Part shown: one piece after another, positions 53,570-63,413 of the stretch
Layout: every line of letters starts with the position of its first letter
Numbering within the stretch: position 1 is the stretch's first letter
Assembly (NCBI GenBank): GCA_963792215.1
Contig: CAWBVL010000007.1
Span: forward strand, 855,710-919,709
Source: an uncultured Actinomycetes bacterium
Lineage (GTDB): Bacteria > Actinomycetota > UBA4738 > HRBIN12
Reading direction: 5' to 3'
Length of the DNA stretch: 64,000 bases
The notes under the pieces: generated by a model
The model's input: only the letters and a program-made list of their open reading frames with translations
Database searches by the model: none
What the model was told of the DNA's origin: nothing
Program-made: the position numbers and the translations under genes

Positions 53570-53971
53570 CTACGCCTCGTCCGGCTCCGCGGCTTCGTGC
53601 AGCACGATCACGAGATCGTGCAATCCGGTGCCCTTCGCGAGGAATCCCGACGCACCCGCCTCGCGCGCCTCGCGCTCCACGCCCTCGTCGGCGTGCGCGG
53701 TCAAGATCACGACCGGAAGATCGGGCCGCCGCGCATGGATCCGCTTCATCGCGTCGATCCCCGACAGATCGGGCATCGACAGATCCATGATGATGATGTC
53801 GGGGTGGAGTTCTTCCGCCTCGGTGCACGCATCGACACCCCCCCCGGCCTCGCCGGCGACCTCGATGTCGGCGACGAGGTTGAGCGCGGACGACAGCGCC
53901 TTGCGGAACGCAGGGTGGTCGTCGACGACGAGCACGCGCACCGGTGTTTCCTCTCCGTACGTGAGGTCCAC
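53570..53971 (-). CDS. Stand-alone response-regulator receiver domain protein
   Basis: 'VRVLVVDDHPAFRKAL…DIIIMDLSMPDLSGIDAMKRI…VVILTAHADEG'; ends after REC. Confidence 0.7.
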   Translation of the reverse strand: MDLTYGEETPVRVLVVDDHPAFRKALSSALNLVADIEVAGEAGGGVDACTEAEELHPDIIIMDLSMPDLSGIDAMKRIHARRPDLPVVILTAHADEGVEREAREAGASGFLAKGTGLHDLVIVLHEAAEPDEA

Positions 53972-54368
53972 GGCGGACGTGGGGGACCTCCTTCCCGCCA
54001 GTGGTTTCGGCGTGTCGTCGACCGGACTTGACAGGTTGCCAGCCGGCGTGCAGCGCTCGCATGACCCATCCGGGGGGATTCCGGATGGTCCCTATGGCGC
54101 ACCCCGCTCGCGCGCAGCCCTCCAGCGCGCGTTCGACGTATCTGTATGAGAGACGGACTCATCCACACCCATCGACGTGCCGAAGGGAACACGGAGTACC
54201 GGTGCGGATCAGTTGGTTCGTTCCGGGTGAACGGAGGGCCACGGGTATACTCGGTGCAGAGGCGCTGGGGACGACCCGGCGCCCGACGTACCTCGGGGGG
54301 AGGACGCAGCGCCTGCGATCCTCGAGGGCAGGTGAGAGGAACGGGCTTCGGCTCGGAGGACGGACGCT

Positions 54369-56864
54369 ATGTTCGAGCGTTTCACGGATCGCGCCAGGCG
54401 CGTCGTGGTTCTCGCCCAAGAAGAAGCGAGGATGCTCAACCACAATTACATCGGCACCGAGCACATCCTGCTCGGTTTGATCCACGAGGGCGAGGGCGTC
54501 GCCGCGAAGGCGCTCGAGTCCATGAACATCTCGCTCGACGCGGTTCGCGAACAGGTGCAGGAGATCATCGGCCAGGGGCAGGCGGCCCCGACCGGGCACA
54601 TCCCGTTCACGCCTCGAGCCAAGAAGGTCTTGGAGCTGTCGCTGCGCGAAGCGCTGCAGCTCGGCCACAACTACATCGGCACCGAGCACATCCTGCTCGG
54701 GTTGATCCGCGAGGGTGAGGGCGTCGCCGCCCAGGTGCTGCAGAAGCTCGGCGCCGACCTCAACCGCGTGCGTCAGACGGTGATCCAGCTGCTGTCGGGC
54801 TACACCGGCGGCAAGGGTGAGCAGGTCGCCGCCGGCGGCACAACCGAGGCGCCGCAGGGCGGGTCCGCAGTGCTCGATCAGTTCGGACGAAACCTCACGC
54901 AGCTCGCTCGAGAATCCAAGCTCGACCCGGTGATCGGGCGCGAGAAGGAGATCGAGCGCGTGATGCAGGTGCTGTCGCGCCGCACGAAGAACAACCCGGT
55001 GCTGATCGGCGACCCTGGCGTCGGCAAGACCGCCGTCGTCGAGGGCCTCTCGCAAGCGATCGTGAAGGGCGAGATCCCCGAGACGCTGAAGGGCAAGCAG
55101 ATCTACACACTCGACCTCGGCGCGCTCGTGGCCGGCTCCCGCTACCGCGGCGACTTCGAGGAGCGCCTGAAGAAGGTGCTGAAGGAGATCAAGACGCGCG
55201 GCGACATCGTGCTGTTCATCGACGAGCTGCACACGCTCGTCGGCGCCGGCGCGGCCGAGGGAGCGATCGACGCGGCCTCGATCCTCAAGCCGATGCTCGC
55301 GCGCGGTGAGCTCCAGACGATCGGCGCCACGACGCGCGACGAGTATCGCAAGCACCTTGAGAAGGACGCCGCCCTCGAGCGCCGGTTCCAGCCGATCGAC
55401 GTCGCGGAGCCGACGGTCTCGCACACCATCGAGATCCTGAAGGGCCTGCGCGACCGCTACGAGGCGCACCACCGCGTGACCTACACCGACGACGCGATCG
55501 TCGCGGCCGCGAACCTCGCCGACCGCTACATCTCCGACCGCCAGCTCCCCGACAAGGCCATCGACCTGATCGACGAGGCCGGCAGCCGGATGCGCATCCG
55601 CCGCATGACCGCGCCGCCCGACGTCCGCGAGATCGACGAGAAGATCGCCGAGGTCCGGCTCAAGAAGGAATCCGCGATCGATGGCCAGGACTTCGAACTC
55701 GCGGCTCGGCTGCGCGACGAGGAGCGTCAGCTCCAGGAGGAGCGCGGCCGGCGCGAGCAGACCTGGAAGGCCGGCGAGATGGACGTGCTCTCCGAGATCG
55801 ACGAGGAGGAGATCGCCGAGGTCCTGTCCGTGTGGACGGGCATCCCGGTCTTCAAGCTCACCGAGGAGGAGACGGAGAAGCTGCTCCGCATGGAGGACGA
55901 GCTCCACAAGCGGATCATCAGCCAGGAAGAGGCGATCGGCGCCGTCTCGCGCGCGATGCGCCGCACGCGCAGCGGTCTGAAGGACCCGCGGCGTCCGTCC
56001 GGCTCGTTCGTCTTCCTCGGCCCCTCGGGCGTCGGCAAGACCGAGCTCTCGAAGGCGCTCGCCGAGTTCCTGTTCGGCGACGAGGACGCGCTCATCCAGC
56101 TCGACATGTCGGAGTTCCATGACCAATACACGGTGTCGCGGTTGATCGGGTCGCCACCCGGCTACGTCGGCTACGACGAAGGTGGACAGCTCACCGAGGC
56201 CGTTCGGCGCAAGCCGTTCTCGGTCGTGCTCTTCGACGAGATCGAGAAGGCGCACCCGAACGTGTTCGACACGTTGCTGCAGATCCTCGAAGACGGCCAC
56301 CTGACCGACGGCCAGGGCCGCACGGTCGACTTCAAGAACACGATCATCATCATGACCTCCAACCTCGGCACGCGGGACATCCAGAAGGGCGTCTCGGTCG
56401 GGTTCACCTCGAACACCGACGAGCGCGGCGACTACGAGCGGATGAAGGGCAAGGTCGAGGAGGAGCTCAAGAAGTCCTTCCGGCCGGAGTTCCTGAACCG
56501 GATCGACGAGGTCATCGTGTTCCACTCGCTGTCGATGGACGACGTGAAGCTGATCGTCGACCTGCTCATGCGCCGCGTCGAGGACCAGTTGAAGACCAAG
56601 GACGTCGACATCGAGCTGACCGACGCCGCCAAGACGCTGCTGGCCCAGCAGGGCTGGGACCAGGCGCTCGGCGCGCGGCCGCTCCGCCGCACGATCCAGC
56701 GGATGGTCGAGGACCCGCTCGCGGAGAAGCTCCTGCACAAGGAGTATCGCGCGGGCGAGACGATCCTCGTCGATGCGGTCGACGGCGAGATCGTGTTCAG
56801 TTCTACGTTTGGGCTCGTCCCACCGGACGCCCCACCCGTTGAGCTCGCAGGCGAACCCGGCTAG
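54369..56864 (+). CDS. clpC1: ATP-dependent Clp protease ATP-binding subunit ClpC1
   Basis: Clp_N repeats '[14 protein letters not shown]' ×2, Walker A '[16 protein letters not shown]' and '[15 protein letters not shown]', UVR-like middle domain. Confidence 0.95.
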   Translation: MFERFTDRARRVVVLAQEEARMLNHNYIGTEHILLGLIHEGEGVAAKALESMNISLDAVREQVQEIIGQGQAAPTGHIPFTPRAKKVLELSLREALQLGHNYIGTEHILLGLIREGEGVAAQVLQKLGADLNRVRQTVIQLLSGYTGGKGEQVAAGGTTEAPQGGSAVLDQFGRNLTQLARESKLDPVIGREKEIERVMQVLSRRTKNNPVLIGDPGVGKTAVVEGLSQAIVKGEIPETLKGKQIYTLDLGALVAGSRYRGDFEERLKKVLKEIKTRGDIVLFIDELHTLVGAGAAEGAIDAASILKPMLARGELQTIGATTRDEYRKHLEKDAALERRFQPIDVAEPTVSHTIEILKGLRDRYEAHHRVTYTDDAIVAAANLADRYISDRQLPDKAIDLIDEAGSRMRIRRMTAPPDVREIDEKIAEVRLKKESAIDGQDFELAARLRDEERQLQEERGRREQTWKAGEMDVLSEIDEEEIAEVLSVWTGIPVFKLTEEETEKLLRMEDELHKRIISQEEAIGAVSRAMRRTRSGLKDPRRPSGSFVFLGPSGVGKTELSKALAEFLFGDEDALIQLDMSEFHDQYTVSRLIGSPPGYVGYDEGGQLTEAVRRKPFSVVLFDEIEKAHPNVFDTLLQILEDGHLTDGQGRTVDFKNTIIIMTSNLGTRDIQKGVSVGFTSNTDERGDYERMKGKVEEELKKSFRPEFLNRIDEVIVFHSLSMDDVKLIVDLLMRRVEDQLKTKDVDIELTDAAKTLLAQQGWDQALGARPLRRTIQRMVEDPLAEKLLHKEYRAGETILVDAVDGEIVFSSTFGLVPPDAPPVELAGEPG

Positions 56865-56902
56865 GGCCGCCTGCGTACCGCCCCTTCGGGGGCATCAAGG
56901 CC

Positions 56903-56933
56903 GAAGCCCGGCCCCGCGAGGGGACCGGGCTTC
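56903..56933. terminator. Bidirectional stem-loop between convergent clpC1 and anti-sigma genes
   Basis: Perfect inverted repeat GAAGCCCGG…CCGGGCTTC. A second hairpin CCCCTTCGGGGG lies just upstream (about 56880–56893). Confidence 0.5.
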
Positions 56934-56964
56934 TCGGCATCTGGAACTCGCAGGGATCTCGTGC

Positions 56965-58119
56965 CTACGCGCCCTTGGCCGGCACACGCATCACGAAGAT
57001 GTGTTGGGCATCGAGCCACACCGGCGTGTTCCGATCGGTGCCCATGCCCACGTTCCGGAGCTTGGTCACCTTGCCTGTCGCAAGGTCGACGAGCGACACG
57101 ATCACGACAGGCCGGTCGCCGTAGTCGTAGCCGAGTTGCACCGTCGGGCGACTCAGCACGTTCTTGTAGTACGTGAACGCGATCGTCTTGCCGTCCGGCG
57201 AGAAACGCGGAGTGAAGGCCGAGGGCGCCGCGACGGCGACCTGCCTGTAGTGGCTCCCGTCGGGCTTCATCATCGAGAGCCCGAGGAAAGACTCGTCCAC
57301 GATCGACTTGCCGTTCGGGGAGTACGACGGCGCTGCATCGTTCCCACGGTTGTGCGTGATCCGGGTCGGGGTGCCGCCATCCGCGGGAACCGTGAAGATC
57401 TCCGCAGTCTTCGAGAATTGAGGATCTGCGATCTCTTCCTTCTTGCCGGCATCGTCGTAGACGATCGTCGAACCGTCCGGTGACCACGCGGGGTACTGGT
57501 CCGTGTGTGGGTCATGGGTCAGACGGAGAAGGCCCGTCCCGTCGCTGTTGACGACGAAGATGTCGGTGTTTCCTTCGACCGTTCCCTCAAGCGCGATCCG
57601 CGTTCCGTCAGGCGATATCGCGACCGTGCCGACATCGATGTTCGGCGTCGACACGAAATGAGCTTCGGTGCCGTCCGTGTTCATCGCGACGACCTGGTTG
57701 TAGCCGAGCTCATTCGGGGATGCGACGAACGCCATCTTCGTTCCGTCGAGCGACACGGACGGCGCGTACGCATCCAGCGGGACGCCGCTCATCGTCGACG
57801 TCTGCCTCCCTTGCAGGTCGACAGTGGCCGGCACCTGCGGCGTCGCGCCATCGGGGAGGGACTGGAGGAAGGTCCAGTTCTCCGTGCTCGGTGTACTCGT
57901 TCCATGGTTGTCCGACACCTTGTCGTTCTTCTCGACGGCGCTGGAGATCGCGAAGATGGCGACTCCCAGCACGACGAGCACCGCTGCGACTGCAATGTAG
58001 GCCCGGACACGGCTCTTGCGGACCTCGGCGCGCTGGCGACGGACCTGCCGCTCCAGCGCGTCGGGGTCTGGCTTCACCTTGTTGGTGGCCAAGCGGAACA
58101 CCTCCTGCACGTCAGGCAT
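56965..58119 (-). CDS. Putative anti-sigma factor: cytoplasmic N-terminus, one TM, periplasmic TolB-like (PD40) beta-propeller
   Basis: TM 'AYIAVAAVLVVLGVAIFAI'; PD40-like repeats 'SLDGTKMAFV', 'SPDGTRIALE', 'SPDGSTIVYD', 'SPNGKSIV', 'SPDGKTIAFT'. Start ATG chosen where it overlaps the sigma stop (ATGCCTGA). Confidence 0.6.
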   Translation of the reverse strand: MPDVQEVFRLATNKVKPDPDALERQVRRQRAEVRKSRVRAYIAVAAVLVVLGVAIFAISSAVEKNDKVSDNHGTSTPSTENWTFLQSLPDGATPQVPATVDLQGRQTSTMSGVPLDAYAPSVSLDGTKMAFVASPNELGYNQVVAMNTDGTEAHFVSTPNIDVGTVAISPDGTRIALEGTVEGNTDIFVVNSDGTGLLRLTHDPHTDQYPAWSPDGSTIVYDDAGKKEEIADPQFSKTAEIFTVPADGGTPTRITHNRGNDAAPSYSPNGKSIVDESFLGLSMMKPDGSHYRQVAVAAPSAFTPRFSPDGKTIAFTYYKNVLSRPTVQLGYDYGDRPVVIVSLVDLATGKVTKLRNVGMGTDRNTPVWLDAQHIFVMRVPAKGA

Positions 58120-58660
58120 CCCGGTCTCCTTCCGCACCTCGGATCGCGCGTCGCCCTTGTGTGGCGAGGGCCCGAACGGTCGAAGGACGCACGCCCAGGA
58201 TGCGGGCTGCCTGCTCGGACGGATAGCCGAGCAGATCGACGAGCACCAGGGCGGCTCTCTGGCGTGCCGTGCACCCGAGCAGCAGGCCGCGGACGTCCGC
58301 CCGCATCTCCGCATCGGTGAACGGATCGCGTTCTTCGTGCACCGGCGTGAGCTTCCGGAGCGCGACCGCCGCTCTGCGGTGCCGCGACCGGAACGCGTTC
58401 AGGGCGACCCGGAAGAGATACGCGGTCGGATCGTCGATCCGCTCGATGTCATGCCAGCGTTCCCATAGCCGCAGGAACGCCTCTTGCATGAGCTCTTCCG
58501 AGTCTTCCCGGTTGCCGGTGACGAAGTAGAGAGCCTTGAAGAGGCGTTCGTGTTCCTCCGCGAAGAACGCGTCGAATCGGGCCCACCCTTCGGCGCGCTC
58601 CCTGGGGAACCGAACGACCTCACCTTCTGCTCGCACGGTCCATGGACGCACGGCGCCCAT
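58112..58660 (-). CDS. ECF-subfamily RNA polymerase sigma-70 factor
   Basis: Region 2 'EELMQEAFLRLWERW…DPTAYLFRVALNAF', region 4 'LTARQRAALVLVDLLGYPSEQAARILGVRPSTVRALATQGR'. Confidence 0.8.
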   Translation of the reverse strand: MGAVRPWTVRAEGEVVRFPRERAEGWARFDAFFAEEHERLFKALYFVTGNREDSEELMQEAFLRLWERWHDIERIDDPTAYLFRVALNAFRSRHRRAAVALRKLTPVHEERDPFTDAEMRADVRGLLLGCTARQRAALVLVDLLGYPSEQAARILGVRPSTVRALATQGRRAIRGAEGDRDA

Positions 58661-58692
58661 CGTGCGCTTATGCGGATGAGGCCGCTACCGGC

Positions 58693-59460
58693 TCACGAGA
58701 CGTCGGTGGCCAAGCCGCGGAGCTCCTCGGGGACCAGGTCGGCGAACGTCCAGGCGGTCCACAGGTCGTCGGCGATCTGCTCCCACGGCAGGACCAAGCC
58801 CTGGCGCTCGAACCATTCGCCGATCCGGCGGACGTCGCGCTCCAGGAACGCGGCGGCGTGGCTGTTCTTCTTCGGATCGACCGCCTGCGGGAAGTCGATG
58901 AGGTACACGTCGCCGTCCCACACGAGCACGTTGTATGCGGAGAGGTCGCCGTGGACGACGTCGCGGTACAGGAGCTGCGTGAGCGTGTCGTGGATGCGCG
59001 ACCAGATCGCCTCGACCTCGTCGCGATCCTCCACCGCGTACTCGTGCAAGCGCGGTGCGGCGCTCGACCGGTCGCCGATGTAGGTCATCAGGATCGCATC
59101 GTCGGTGCGCTCGATCGGCCGCGGCACCGGCGCCCCGGCATCGGACAGCGCGCGCAAGGTCTCCCATTCGCGGGAGACCCAGAGGCCGCCTTGCACTTGG
59201 CGGCCGAAGGCCGTCTTGTGTTCGAGCGCCACACGCACGCGGCGCTCCTTGATGAACTCGCCGTCGCGATAGAGCTGCTCGTCACGGAAGTCCCGCTTAT
59301 CGAGCGGGTGGTAGAGCTTCAATGCGACCAGCGACTCGCCCGTGGTGCGCGGGTTCGCGCGACACAGGTGAACGCTGGCCTCTTTCCCATGTTTCAGCGG
59401 CGCGATGACCGCTTCGATGAGCCCTTCGTCGAAGAAGTGCTCGAACGCTTCGTCGTGCAC
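58693..59460 (-). CDS. RIO-type atypical serine protein kinase
   Basis: 'GKEASVHLC', 'LVALKLYH', catalytic loop 'VVHGDLSAYNVLV', 'DVYLIDFPQAV'. Confidence 0.7.
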   Translation of the reverse strand: MHDEAFEHFFDEGLIEAVIAPLKHGKEASVHLCRANPRTTGESLVALKLYHPLDKRDFRDEQLYRDGEFIKERRVRVALEHKTAFGRQVQGGLWVSREWETLRALSDAGAPVPRPIERTDDAILMTYIGDRSSAAPRLHEYAVEDRDEVEAIWSRIHDTLTQLLYRDVVHGDLSAYNVLVWDGDVYLIDFPQAVDPKKNSHAAAFLERDVRRIGEWFERQGLVLPWEQIADDLWTAWTFADLVPEELRGLATDVS

Positions 59461-59673
59461 TGTGTGCTCCTTCGTCAGGATGCGGACATAGGTCGACCGC
59501 GTTCCGAGGCCAGGAGCGACGTGATCAGGTCAGCGCATGACGGAGGGACGCGGTGTGGTGAACACCGAGGCAGAGGTCATGGTCATCTGCTCATCCCTCC
59601 TTCCGAGGAGCGTCCGGGTGGCGCTGTTCCGAGCGAGCACCATACCACGAGGCCATCCCCGCACCGGGCTTTG

Positions 59674-59979
59674 TTAGGTGCGGACGTCGAGCCGTTCGAC
59701 GCGCTCGACGATCGATATCGGGATGTGCGTGACCGCGCGGAACCCGTCGCCGTCGGGCAAGATCTCCTGCGCGAGGGAGACGAACCGGGGTCCCTCGGCC
59801 ACCAGGAAGCCCACGGTGTGGACCAGGTAGTCGGGCCGGATGTCCTCGGCGTCTGACTGATCGAAGTCGAAGAAGGCGTCTCGCCAGATCACCAGGACCG
59901 TGGGGTGTTCCAACTGGATCCGGTCGAGTTCGATCTGAGGGTCTTGGTCTCCTCCCTGATCGATCTTGACGACTCGCAT
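59674..59979 (-). CDS. Hypothetical small protein (about 100 aa)
   Basis: ORF with GC3-rich codons. Start taken at internal Met 'MRVVKIDQGG'. No domain recognised. Confidence 0.35.
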   Translation of the reverse strand: MRVVKIDQGGDQDPQIELDRIQLEHPTVLVIWRDAFFDFDQSDAEDIRPDYLVHTVGFLVAEGPRFVSLAQEILPDGDGFRAVTHIPISIVERVERLDVRT

Positions 59980-60199
59980 CGGCTCCACCTCACCCGCTTG
60001 ATATCGGCATCTGGGGGCCGCGGGCGAGGGGTGCGGCCGCAATCACAACCTTCAGACCTGGAGTGAGCCGAAGAACCTCACCCGGGGTCGGGCGCCACCG
60101 TACCCTCCGACCCTGACACGGCTCCGGGTGGAGCCAGACGGTGGCCACCCGAGTTGGCGGGTCCGCCGAAGTGTCAGTGACGGCGGCTACGGTCGCCGC

Positions 60200-61552
60200 A
60201 TGCCCAAGCACGCCGTCTTCGTGTGTGAGGCCTGCGGTCAGCACGCGTCCCAGTGGGCCGGACGGTGCGCGGGCTGTGGCGCCTGGGGCGAGATCCGCGA
60301 GCGGTCGCCGGAGCCCCAGCGCCGCCAAGGCCGGTCCGAGACGGTGGTGCCGCTGATCGACCCCGCCGCCACGGAGCCGGCAAGGCTCCACACCGGACTG
60401 ACCGACCTCGACCGGGTGCTCGGAGGGGGGCTCGTCCCAGGCTCGGTGCTCTTGCTCGCGGGCCCGCCAGGGATCGGGAAATCGACGCTGTTGTTGCAGT
60501 GGCTCGCGGCGATGGCCGCATCCGGCCGTCCCGGGCTCCTCGTGTCCGGCGAGGAGTCGCGCGCCCAGGTAGCCGCCCGAGCCAGGCGCATCGGGGTCGA
60601 GGCCGACGCCGTCTCGTTCGCGCCGGGCCGTGACCTCCACCCGGTGCTCGCCGCCGCGAGGGCCGAGCGGCCGACGGTGCTGGCGGTCGACTCGATCCAG
60701 ACGCTCCGCGACCCCGAGGCGACCACCCAGCCCGGCGGCGTGGCGCAGGTTCGTGGGTGCGTCGACGCGCTCGTGGAGCTGGCCAAGACCGACGACATCA
60801 CGGTGGTCGTCTCCGGCCACGTCACCAAGGACGGAGACCTCGCCGGTCCCCGAGCCCTCGAGCATGCCGTGGACGTGGTCCTCACGTTCGAGGGAGACCC
60901 CCGCTCGGGCCTTCGGATCGTCTCCGGGGGCAAGAACCGCTTCGGGGCAGAGGGCGAGACCGCTTGGTTCGAGATGAGCCCGGCGGGCTTGGCCCCGATC
61001 GACCCCGCGGGGTTGCTCTGCTCGGGCGAGCGGCACCCCGGCGCCGCCGTGGCCCTCCCGCTGGCCGGCCGCAGGGCGCTCGCCGTCGAGGTGCAGGCGC
61101 TCGTTGGCGGCGACGACGGGCCTAGCCGGCGCCAGGTCACGGGGCTCGACCTCCGGCGGTTCCAGCAGGTCGCGGCGGTGCTCGAGCGCTCGATCGGCCT
61201 CCCGCTGGGGCGATCGGAGCTCTTCGGCGCCGTCGGGGGTGGGATCAAGGTCGACGACCCCGCCGGCGACCTCGCCGTGGCGGCGGCCCTGGCCTCCGCC
61301 GCGACCGGCCAGGCGCCGCCGGAGGCAGCGGCCTTCGTGGGCGAGATCGCCCTCACTGGCCAGGTCCGGCCCGCGCCGGCGATGGAGCAGCGGATCGCGG
61401 CCGCTCGGGCGGCGGGCTGCTCGATGCTGTTCGGGCCCGAACGTGCAGGTCCGCTGGACGGTTTGCAACTGGTCACGGTGGGTCATATCTCTGAAGCCGT
61501 GGGTTGGGCGCTCTCACCTGCGGGAACGGTTCCGCGCCGCCGCGCCTCATAG
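60200..61552 (+). CDS. radA: DNA repair protein RadA
   Basis: Zinc finger 'FVCEACGQHASQWAGRCAGCGAWG', Walker A 'LLAGPPGIGKSTLLLQ', KNRFG motif 'GGKNRFG', Lon-like C-terminal domain. Confidence 0.9.
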   Translation: MPKHAVFVCEACGQHASQWAGRCAGCGAWGEIRERSPEPQRRQGRSETVVPLIDPAATEPARLHTGLTDLDRVLGGGLVPGSVLLLAGPPGIGKSTLLLQWLAAMAASGRPGLLVSGEESRAQVAARARRIGVEADAVSFAPGRDLHPVLAAARAERPTVLAVDSIQTLRDPEATTQPGGVAQVRGCVDALVELAKTDDITVVVSGHVTKDGDLAGPRALEHAVDVVLTFEGDPRSGLRIVSGGKNRFGAEGETAWFEMSPAGLAPIDPAGLLCSGERHPGAAVALPLAGRRALAVEVQALVGGDDGPSRRQVTGLDLRRFQQVAAVLERSIGLPLGRSELFGAVGGGIKVDDPAGDLAVAAALASAATGQAPPEAAAFVGEIALTGQVRPAPAMEQRIAAARAAGCSMLFGPERAGPLDGLQLVTVGHISEAVGWALSPAGTVPRRRAS

Positions 61553-61688
61553 GTCGATGGGACCACGGGGACGGCGCCTATAGCCCTCTGACCTGCAGAT
61601 TTGGGTTGCGCCGGAAAGGGTCACCGTGCTACCCTCTTGACTAGTCACCGCACTTCTTGCGGTTCCACTTCTTCCACCGGGAGGGTTC

Positions 61689-62204
61689 GTGGCGTTCAGG
61701 AAAGGCGACACGGTCGTGCACCCCGAACACGGGGCCGCAGTAGTCGAAGAAGTGCGTGAGAAGGAATTCCTGGGCGAGAAGCGCAAGTATCTGGTGCTGC
61801 GTGTCGTCTACGGCGACCTGACGGTCCTCGTGCCCACCGACTCGACCGACCAGGTCGGTCTGCGGCCCTGCGTCAGCAAGAACGAGGCGAAGAAGATCCT
61901 CAAGGTCCTGACCGAGGACGAGAGCTCGGTGGCAGCCAACTGGAGCCGCCGCTTCAAGAACAACCTCGAGAAGCTGCACTCCGGCGACCCGTACGAGGTG
62001 GCCGAGGTCCTTCGGAACCTCGCGATCCGGGACCGGGAGAAGGGGCTGTCCGCGGGTGAGAAGCGGATGATCACCAAGGCCCGGCAGATCTTGATCTCCG
62101 AGCTCGCCTTCGCGACCGACAAGTCCGAGGAAGAGGCCGAGGCGACGATCGACGCCACCCTCGACGACGCCCACGGCGTCAAGGTCGCGGCCGCCGAGGC
62201 CTGA
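61689..62204 (+). CDS. carD: CarD-family RNA-polymerase-binding transcriptional regulator
   Basis: 'FRKGDTVVHPEHGAAVVEEVREKEFLGEKRKYLVLRV' TRCF-RID-like N-terminus and a helical C-terminal domain. Confidence 0.85.
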   Translation: MAFRKGDTVVHPEHGAAVVEEVREKEFLGEKRKYLVLRVVYGDLTVLVPTDSTDQVGLRPCVSKNEAKKILKVLTEDESSVAANWSRRFKNNLEKLHSGDPYEVAEVLRNLAIRDREKGLSAGEKRMITKARQILISELAFATDKSEEEAEATIDATLDDAHGVKVAAAEA

Positions 62205-62254
62205 TCTAGCCCTCCTCCAGGCCCGCCCTCAGGTGCCCCGCCGGGGCGTCCGAT

Positions 62255-63373
62255 GTGTCCAATGGAGGCTCGATCCTTCCTGGGTCGACGTATGGGCAGA
62301 TGACAGACGACAGCCGAACGACCCGGCTCCGCGGGCGCGTGGTGGAAGGCGTCCGCCTGATCTTCATGGCCCTGCTCGGCGCGGTCGGGTACCAGCTCGG
62401 GGCGGCCCGGATCGACGCCAGCGACCGGAGCACGGTCCTGTACGTCTTCCTCGGCGCGGCCAGTGGCTACGTGCTGGGCGGCGTCTTCGGGCGGCTGACC
62501 CTGGAGGCCGTCTCCGGCCTCGAGCGTGAGCTCCACCGGCGGCCGGCGGCGCAGATCGCCGGCGGGGTGGTCGGGCTGATCGTCGGGCTGGTCGTCGCGA
62601 CGCTGTTGTCGGTGCCGCTGTTCTTCATGCCGACGTTCTACGGGTGGCCCGCGGCCCTGTTCCTGTTCATCGTGCTCGGGTCGCTCGGCACCCGCGTGGG
62701 CCAGGACAAGCACGAGGACATCTTCGCGTTGGTCGGCATGAAGCCGCGCGTGAGTGCGCGCGCGACCGGCGACCTGCACGTGCTCGATACGAGCGCGTTG
62801 ATCGATGGGCGCGTGGCGGACCTGGTCGAGACAGGGTTCATCTCGGGAACGCTGCTGGTGCATGAGGGCGTGCTCGGCGAGCTGCAGGCGATCGCCGATT
62901 CGTCCGATCCGCAACGCCGCACGCGCGGACGCCGCGGCCTCGATGTCCTGGTCGAGCTGCAGAAGTCGCCGCTCGTGCAGATCCAGTTGGTCGAAGAGGC
63001 CGGCATCGTCGACGTCGACGCTGCGCTCGTGCGGCTCGCACGGGAAAGCGGTGCCTCGTTGATCACCGTCGATCACAACCTCGCGCTCGTCGCGGAAGCG
63101 TTGCGGGTGCCCGTGGCGCAGGTCAACACCTTGGCGTCGCGGTTCCGCACGCCGGTCTCGGCCGGCGACGAGCTCCAGGTGCGGCTCGTCCGCGAGGGCC
63201 GCGACGCCGGCCAGGCGGTCGGCTACCTCGATGATGGAACGATGGTGGTCGTCGAAGAGGCGACCGACGCGATCGGGTCCCAGGTGGCGGCCCGGGTTCG
63301 CAACGTGATCCAGACGACCACCGGTCGCATGATCTTCGCGACCCTCGAGGCGACCGCGCCGGCTCCGTCGTAG
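62255..63373 (+). CDS. PIN/TRAM-domain membrane protein (YacL-like)
   Basis: N-terminal TMs, PIN 'VLDTSALIDGRVADLVETGF…LLVHEGVLGELQAIADSSD', C-terminal TRAM-like 'GDELQVRLVREGRDAGQAVGYLDDGTMVVVEEA'. Lies upstream of ispD as yacL does in Bacillus. Confidence 0.7.
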   Translation: MSNGGSILPGSTYGQMTDDSRTTRLRGRVVEGVRLIFMALLGAVGYQLGAARIDASDRSTVLYVFLGAASGYVLGGVFGRLTLEAVSGLERELHRRPAAQIAGGVVGLIVGLVVATLLSVPLFFMPTFYGWPAALFLFIVLGSLGTRVGQDKHEDIFALVGMKPRVSARATGDLHVLDTSALIDGRVADLVETGFISGTLLVHEGVLGELQAIADSSDPQRRTRGRRGLDVLVELQKSPLVQIQLVEEAGIVDVDAALVRLARESGASLITVDHNLALVAEALRVPVAQVNTLASRFRTPVSAGDELQVRLVREGRDAGQAVGYLDDGTMVVVEEATDAIGSQVAARVRNVIQTTTGRMIFATLEATAPAPS

Positions 63374-63413
63374 CGCGCATACGAGCCCCGGCGGTGTCTG
63401 CCATGCTGCGCGC

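Noticed and set aside
54159-56738. 859-aa minus-strand ORF
   Set aside because: Antisense to clpC1, whose own frame carries unmistakable Clp_N and AAA+ motifs.
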